This document shows, piece by piece, positions 57,901 to 64,000 of a stretch of DNA of 64,000 bases. This DNA is from Pseudovirgaria hyperparasitica (Eukaryota), in NCBI GenBank assembly GCA_010093815.1, contig ML996569.1; one strand, given 5' to 3'. Numbering within the stretch: the first letter of the stretch is position 1; every line of letters begins with the position of its first letter. Made by a program: the position numbers and the translations under genes. The notes below the pieces were generated by a model that saw nothing but the letters and a program-made list of their open reading frames with translations, was not told where the DNA came from and ran no database searches.

Positions 57901-60900
57901 CGTGCGATTGGCGACTCTTACGCATCGTGTTGCTACCTGATGGGATGCTGAAGAGACAGTGAGCCAATGTCGAAAGACTGCAGCACTGCAAAGTCTCGAG
58001 TATGGAAGGCGGAAGCACAGCGACGCTAGAAAAGTCTAGTGTGGCAGATGTCTGGTCATCTCGGCAACGACCAAGTCCTAATGCTCTTGTCCGGACTGAA
58101 ATGTACGTTTGAGAAAGTCTTGGGAACTGTTTGCAGGCCGAAACAGCCGCGGTGCGCCAGCAACGTCGAATTGCGATTAAGAAATGGCTTGGAAATAAAG
58201 TTCAATTAACTCTGTAGCCGGCAAGGCTGGTGGGGCTCCTTGAACACAAATAGATTCTGGCCAGAATTCTACGCAGATGCCATACTCTAGAACACGTGCC
58301 GCGAAGCCATTCTCCAGGATCGAACGTGGTTCACAATATAGAGTTTAAGCCACGGTCGTCAATACTTCTGTCAGGCTTCGGGATCATTGGCATTCTCAAA
58401 AAAAAAAAAAGGACATGAAGTTGTCGAATAATTTGGCGGCGAACATCGTGCCGTTATCCGACGTACGTGAAAGTTGTACAAAACCTCATGATCTTTATAC
58501 TTTTTGCTACAGGCGATGGCTTCGACCGCGCAAAACGTGGCCGTGCCGAAGACGCTTCTGGCCCGCTGTCTCCCCTGTTCCCGCATCGACATCTCTTCCT
58601 CTGTCTCTCTCTTTCCCTCTCCTGAAACCTCGCATTGTTGGCCACGTGGCGAGGACGCCATGGCTACTTTGGCTATATGCAAGTCAGATTGACTTATTTC
58701 GTGAATGGTCCTGCAGTGTGCTTGCCCAGAGCAAAGCTCTAGTTACGTGCGTAGCAGCTTCACCCTGGCAAAATCAATTGCACATATATTCAGTGTCGTT
58801 TTACAAGACCTACTATCACGCATCATCTGGAAAGCAAGAAAAGCATGTTCCGAACGAGAATATAGGCAAAAGATGGTCCACCCAAGATGAAGAAGCAGGC
58901 TTCAAGCTTCATATCAAGTGCCGATGTACCCACTCGTGGGGCGTGTGCTGCAGCGGAACTAAAGCCGGCATCTAACCCTGACGAATTCAACTGATTGATC
59001 ATTGTTATGAAGCCTGCAAGAGACTGTTGTTCCTTCACGAAACAAGCTGCCAGATGGTCGTACGAAAGGAGGCCCGATTAATTGCCGAGGCTTTTTCGTA
59101 CAACAGTGTAGCTAGGCTGTAAAGGAGGCTTCTCGGGTTTTCCAAGCTCATGTTAAGGTATATATGCATCTTTCATCGTTTCGTAGGTTCGTCGATGATC
59201 GGCCGGCCACGTTCAGTGACGATCTGGCGGCAAGATATGGCAAGCGTGGACAGTGGGTCTTCGCACATGGCGGCGTGAAAGGCGATTCAAGGGCCTCTGG
59301 CTCATGGTGAGAATGAGATGGCGCCAGGTGCAGGCAGAACATCCATAGCAGCGATGATTCGTGAACTGTGATTCGTGAGGGCGGACTTCGCATTCGTGAA
59401 GGGCCGAGAGAGGTGGGGCGAGCGGCTGGAATAGATTATGGTAGATTATGGTCGATTACACTAGTAAAGGGTGAACTGTGAGCGCCAGTCAGAATCAGAG
59501 ATTTGGAGTGTCGAGTCGAGTGTCAGAGAACGAGAACGGGCAGTGGGTAGGGTAGGTAAGTGAGCACGCACTCACTCCGGCCACCGACCGCTGCTAGGCT
59601 GCCCTCTCCTCCCCTCCCCTCCCTTCCCCCAGCTCACAGGAGCGGGCGATTCTCCTTGGCCCAATAAGACCCCCTCTCAAGGCCCCCCCCCTTGATCGCA
59701 CGTCTCTTCCCCCAGTGCCTGCCGTTGTCGCGTGGAAGTGCAGCGTATGTAGCGTGGCCGCCTGCCGAAGACATGTGCCACAGGTTCACTGGACTTGCTG
59801 AAGATGCACAGTAATTACACTGCTTTTGGTGCTGCTACAATCACGCCTTGACTCTTTGGCTCGATGTCTGACACCCTAGACATGATCTGCGGGCTTGTGA
59901 GAGCTGTGAGGACTGTTCGTGGCATGAGGAGCGACGATGCTGCTGCTGTTGTACGCCAGCTCTTCTGCCCAGAGCCGTAGTGGCTTTGGCGTGTGTTTCA
60001 GCGTCGGCTTCTCTGGGACGGCACCAAGAACCACAAAGCGTCACCTTAGTAGGTTTGGTAGGCTGTGGCTTCGCGGCGCTTTCCGCCGCCCCCACCATGT
60101 TCTTGGACAAATGCAGCGATAGGGAGGCTCTTTTGATGGGCGTCGGCGTTCACCAAGCGTGATGTGAATGTCCTAGTGGTGCCGTCAGACGGGACACGAC
60201 GATCGCGGAAAAGGGCGTGAATGGGATGGATTATCGATGAGTAATGGACCAATGAGGGTTAGCACGGAGAGTCGTGTACCCGACTGGAGAGATCCGCGCC
60301 AGAAGAACAGAAAACGCCGAGTGAGGCTTGACTGGCTGACGATGATTCGTGTGCTGAGAAGATAGGAGCACATAGTAGTAGCTGTAATAGCAGTATAGTG
60401 CTATATAAGAACGCACTTGGCTGTTAGTGTCTTCGACTACCCAAACTTAATATAAAATTGTTCAGTACAGTAATACAGTTGAATGCTCTTCGAGGCTCGC
60501 GTAAAAGTCGTCGTGACCAGGAACGACGACAGTGTCGATAACAGAAACGTCACTAACATGACTCAGACTGTCCAGGCAATCAGGCACCTTGAGCATCAGG
60601 CGCTGATCTCTGTCTTGATCAGCCTCTCACCATCATCATTATCATCATCATCATCATCATTGAGACTTGATGAGGGAGGGCGTTCATGCCTGCATGTTCG
60701 GACCGGCATCTATATGCCTATTACCTGTATGTCTCTCGCCTGAGCGTGCAGTCGGGACTAGGGAGGAGTGTAATGATTGCACTGCAGTCTCACCTGCGTT
60801 ACTCTTCACCGTGTAGACACGCGGCTTCTAGCTTGCAGATGGCTCAGATGGCTAAACTACGTGTGAGCGTAGAGTGTCTGAGCTGCAGCTCTCAGTGCTT

Positions 60901-61288
60901 CTTCCATTGTCCCATGTGCGCCTGTCTTGGCCGTGTCTCTTGGCGGTCTCAGTCATCATTAACTGTTCCAAGGCGCCCTCTCCCCCCCTCCCCCTTACCC
61001 CGGTATCATGCCCCCTCCCCCCTCCCCTGGCATCTGAATTCCTGTCCCTTGTATCCCTGCACTAGCCATGAGCCATGAGCCATGGTCCACACGCTTCCTT
61101 TCCAGGACGGTTGGGCTGGTGCCTCTTAGCTCTCTGTTTTTTGGTGCTGCATGAGAAGAAGAAAGAGAGGTAAGCATGGCCGACCGAACGCGTCTGAAGA
61201 CGGTCAGTGTTGTATCGCTCATTGCTCGAACGAGACGCACTGCTCATAGTCAGTGAGCGGCCGGACGCGAGAGAAGGAGTCACAATTA

Positions 61289-61343
61289 GGTGGTGGTGGT
61301 GGTGGTGGTGGTGGTCGTAGTCGTAGTCGTCCGTGGTTGTGAT
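61289..61343. repeat. (GGT)n/(GTCGTA)n microsatellite upstream of flbA
   Basis: Directly visible. Confidence 0.85.
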
Positions 61344-61660
61344 CGTGGTCGTGGTGGTCGTGGATCCGTCCAGTGCTTTTTGAAACCCTCCCTGTGCGCA
61401 GCGAAGAAGAAGAAGGTCGAGGAATCCTTGCTAGTGTGTGAGCACTACCTCCTACCCATTACCCACTACCCACTTCTTACCCAGTTCCCAGTCCCCAGTC
61501 CACCACCTGCGTCGCTGCTAGCTGGAACCCACTCACACTCTTCGACTCTTCTCTTCACACGCCCACGCTTTGAACCTCCCTAAGGAGCATTAGCATTACT
61601 CTCTCATCATCCCCAGTCTTTTCATTCTCTTCTTTTCCTTCATCTAACCGCCTTGCTCCG

Positions 61661-64000
61661 ATGCCTTTTTCTACCTCTTCGATTCTTACCTCTCCCCTCC
61701 ACAACTACGCTACAAACCCTCCAAAGTTCTTCAATCGTCGGACCTCAGTCACCACTTCCTCTTCTACTACCTCCCTCACCCACCCTTCTCTCCCAAAGCC
61801 CTCCCTTCTCTCCGACAGCGACTCTCTCCTCCACCTAGCAGAGACCGATACCTTACAACATACTACCGAAACCACAAAGACTGCTACCGAACAGAATCCC
61901 GTCACATCCCTCCGCAGACATTCACAACAGCTCCCCCTCGTAGCTCACCCCAATTCTTCCGTTGTCTCACAGCCTACGACGGATCCTCTGACAGCAACCT
62001 CCGCTGCCAGATCTACCCAGAACACTTTACCAGAATCAAACCCAGAAATCGCCAGGCTGGCTCCCGCAGTACTGTCCGGACCCCAGCGTTCTGCCGACCC
62101 CGGGCCAAGTCCTGGTACTGTACCCTCGAAAACGCAAAGCAAACCAGTTCTATCAGTGCCGTATCAGAACACGTCGCCTTCCACACCACCGTCGTCCACC
62201 GCTCCGGCGCCCTCTCGTACAACGAGTCAAGCTCAAACTGCGGCACCGTCGGTGGACGATCGACGCAGGAAGCTTTCGAGGCCTCAGAATAAAGCCGAGA
62301 CTCGCAGCTTGCGTGGTGATTCATCGTCGCAGGAGAACGACAAAAAAATGCATCAAACATCTTCAAGACTCCTCCGCATGACGGACGATGAGCGACCATA
62401 TACTCGGGTACGTAGTGTTGCTTCTATCGTTGTGCCTGCCCCTCTCATGCACGATTCTTCGTTTGGTTCACCTGCTGCAGCCTTGCCACGTGTACCTATC
62501 CACTTCCCACGTTTTTCTCTCCCACCATTCCATATACCAAACCTTAATGTTAGATTCTGCACTTGCAGTTTCTTCGACCACATCAATCATGTCGTGCTCC
62601 CCTATCACATCGCTTTCTGAAATCACCTCATTTGTCGGAGCTAAGCACGAATGGGTATCCAAGACGCTCTCATTGCATATATGGCCGTCAAACAAGAAGT
62701 CTATACTAACCAATCGTGTAGGACTTCAAGGACTTGTTCGCCACACTCATCGTTAGCCTTCCCCTTACAGCGCATCGTGTCCGCTTTCAGAAAGTTGATC
62801 ACACATTCACCTCTGAAGAAGCTATCACCAACTTAGGCTCGCTCAAATTCTCACAATCTAACCGAATGCCCGATCCGAAAGATCCTTCGCGTATTGTCAC
62901 CACCACCACTACCACAACCTTCTCCATGGCCAAAGAAATGGCTCGTTCTGTCTGTCAGAAGTTCCTGGACGCGAGATTCATCGAGTCTGTTGATGGAAAG
63001 ATCGACTTTACATCCAAAAGTGCGGTATGGCAGTTGACACCCAAGGGCATGCATATCCTTCACCGGTTCTGCCTACGCAACGGCATTGCACAAGACCACG
63101 TTAAGAGTATAATAGAATCGCCAAGAAACTGTATGAAGCTCGTCATTTTAGAAAGAGATGTCGAAAGCGATAGGCTCAGCCATGACGCCGCTACTGTCGA
63201 AGTCATCTTTCGCAGATTTGCTGGGCCAGCTCCGAATGTCAAGACAGAAGCAGCAGTATCTGACTCTGACTCCATACATGAGTATGCCACTGGCCTGGTC
63301 GGTGTCAAGATGTTGAACGATCGCAAGGTCGGTGACCGCTTCTACAAACTGTCCTTCACAGGCAAGGCTGCCACAGATTGGCTCATGGATTGTTGCACTA
63401 TGGTAGACAAGCGTGAAACATACGAAGTGGCTAGTCTCTTTGTTGAATTTGGATTGATCCGCGCTGTTGAAGGGTTCGGTAACACGACCCGGTTCCAGGC
63501 ATCAAAAGGCGCCATATACTACGTCACAGAGCGTGGCCAAGTTGTTGCAGGTTGGCTCTCAGGTCCTACAGGTTCTCTCAATGGAGATTCCGCAAGCAAG
63601 CTTACTACTCCCGGCAACATGGTAGGGCGAGATTCAAATGCCAACAGGATGCAAGTCATCGTCAAAGATCCCGCCCTCCGGTTACTGTTCAGGGAATATT
63701 TGAGACATACTCACTGCGAGGAAAATCTGTCTTTCTACCTAGATGTCAGCGAATTTCTGACAAACTACCGAACCTCTAAGAAGTCTACAAACACACCCAA
63801 ACTCGAGTTCATCAGAGAGACGCTCGCGTCGGCTTACAGTAAGTGACTGCTGCTCATACCCGCAATTGTTCTAACCACCACCAGGCCTTTACAACGCTTT
63901 CCTTGCACCGGGCTCGCCCTGCGAGCTGAACATTGACCATTCATTGCGCATTGCATTGGCATCCAGGATGACACGCGCGGTCGGTGACGATGATGCGATG
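61661..64000 (+). CDS. flbA: Regulator of G-protein signalling FlbA/Sst2 family (DEP + RGS domains); 3' truncated by window edge
   Basis: MHQTSSRLLRMTDDERPYTR|DFKDLFATLIVSLPL...KFSQSNRMPDPKDPSRIVTTTTTTTFSMAKEMARS...DPALRLLFREYL...HCEENLSFY...|LYNAFLAPGSPCELNID. Introns 62408-62721 and 63839-63884. The start could be 61661 or the downstream ATG ~62348. Confidence 0.95.

Noticed and set aside
1..64000. tRNA, rRNA, autonomous transposon or secondary-metabolite core genes
   Set aside because: No cloverleaf with a valid T-arm, rRNA signature, transposase/RT or PKS/NRPS motif was seen by eye; tRNAscan-SE and Rfam scans would be needed to exclude them fully.

Overview
Eukaryotic (fungal) genomic DNA from a filamentous ascomycete (Pezizomycotina, plausibly a Dothideomycete; species not determinable). 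Evidence: short GT-AG introns with CTRAC/CTAAT branch points and fungal-type proteins. About 23 protein-coding genes can be supported. Housekeeping genes: p24/Erp1-like, EamA transporter, BCAA aminotransferase, UTP25, Ahc1-like, TAF13, eIF3f, GET1, ECT1, Alba-domain, ARD1/NAA10, V-ATPase c subunit, GST-like, peroxisomal 2-hydroxy-acid oxidase, FlbA RGS. These alternate with accessory patches of BTB-like, F-box-like and orphan ORFs. Main signals the ORF track does not show: (1) a full-length but markedly divergent U2 snRNA gene (~6169-6363) with compensatory stem changes and an atypical Sm site, inside an accessory block; (2) a 734-bp non-autonomous Mutator-like element (33621-34354; TIRs plus a perfect 9-bp TSD) carrying a helically phased tandem array of 8 CACGTG E-boxes, in the divergent promoter of ECT1; (3) further CACGTG clusters, at 16.2 kb and in the ~11-kb gene-poor region upstream of flbA; (4) recurrent strand-symmetric C-rich to G-rich composition flips; (5) a divergent V-ATPase proteolipid paralog. 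All coordinates were read by hand and may be off by a few bases. Family assignments are from recalled motifs, not database searches.
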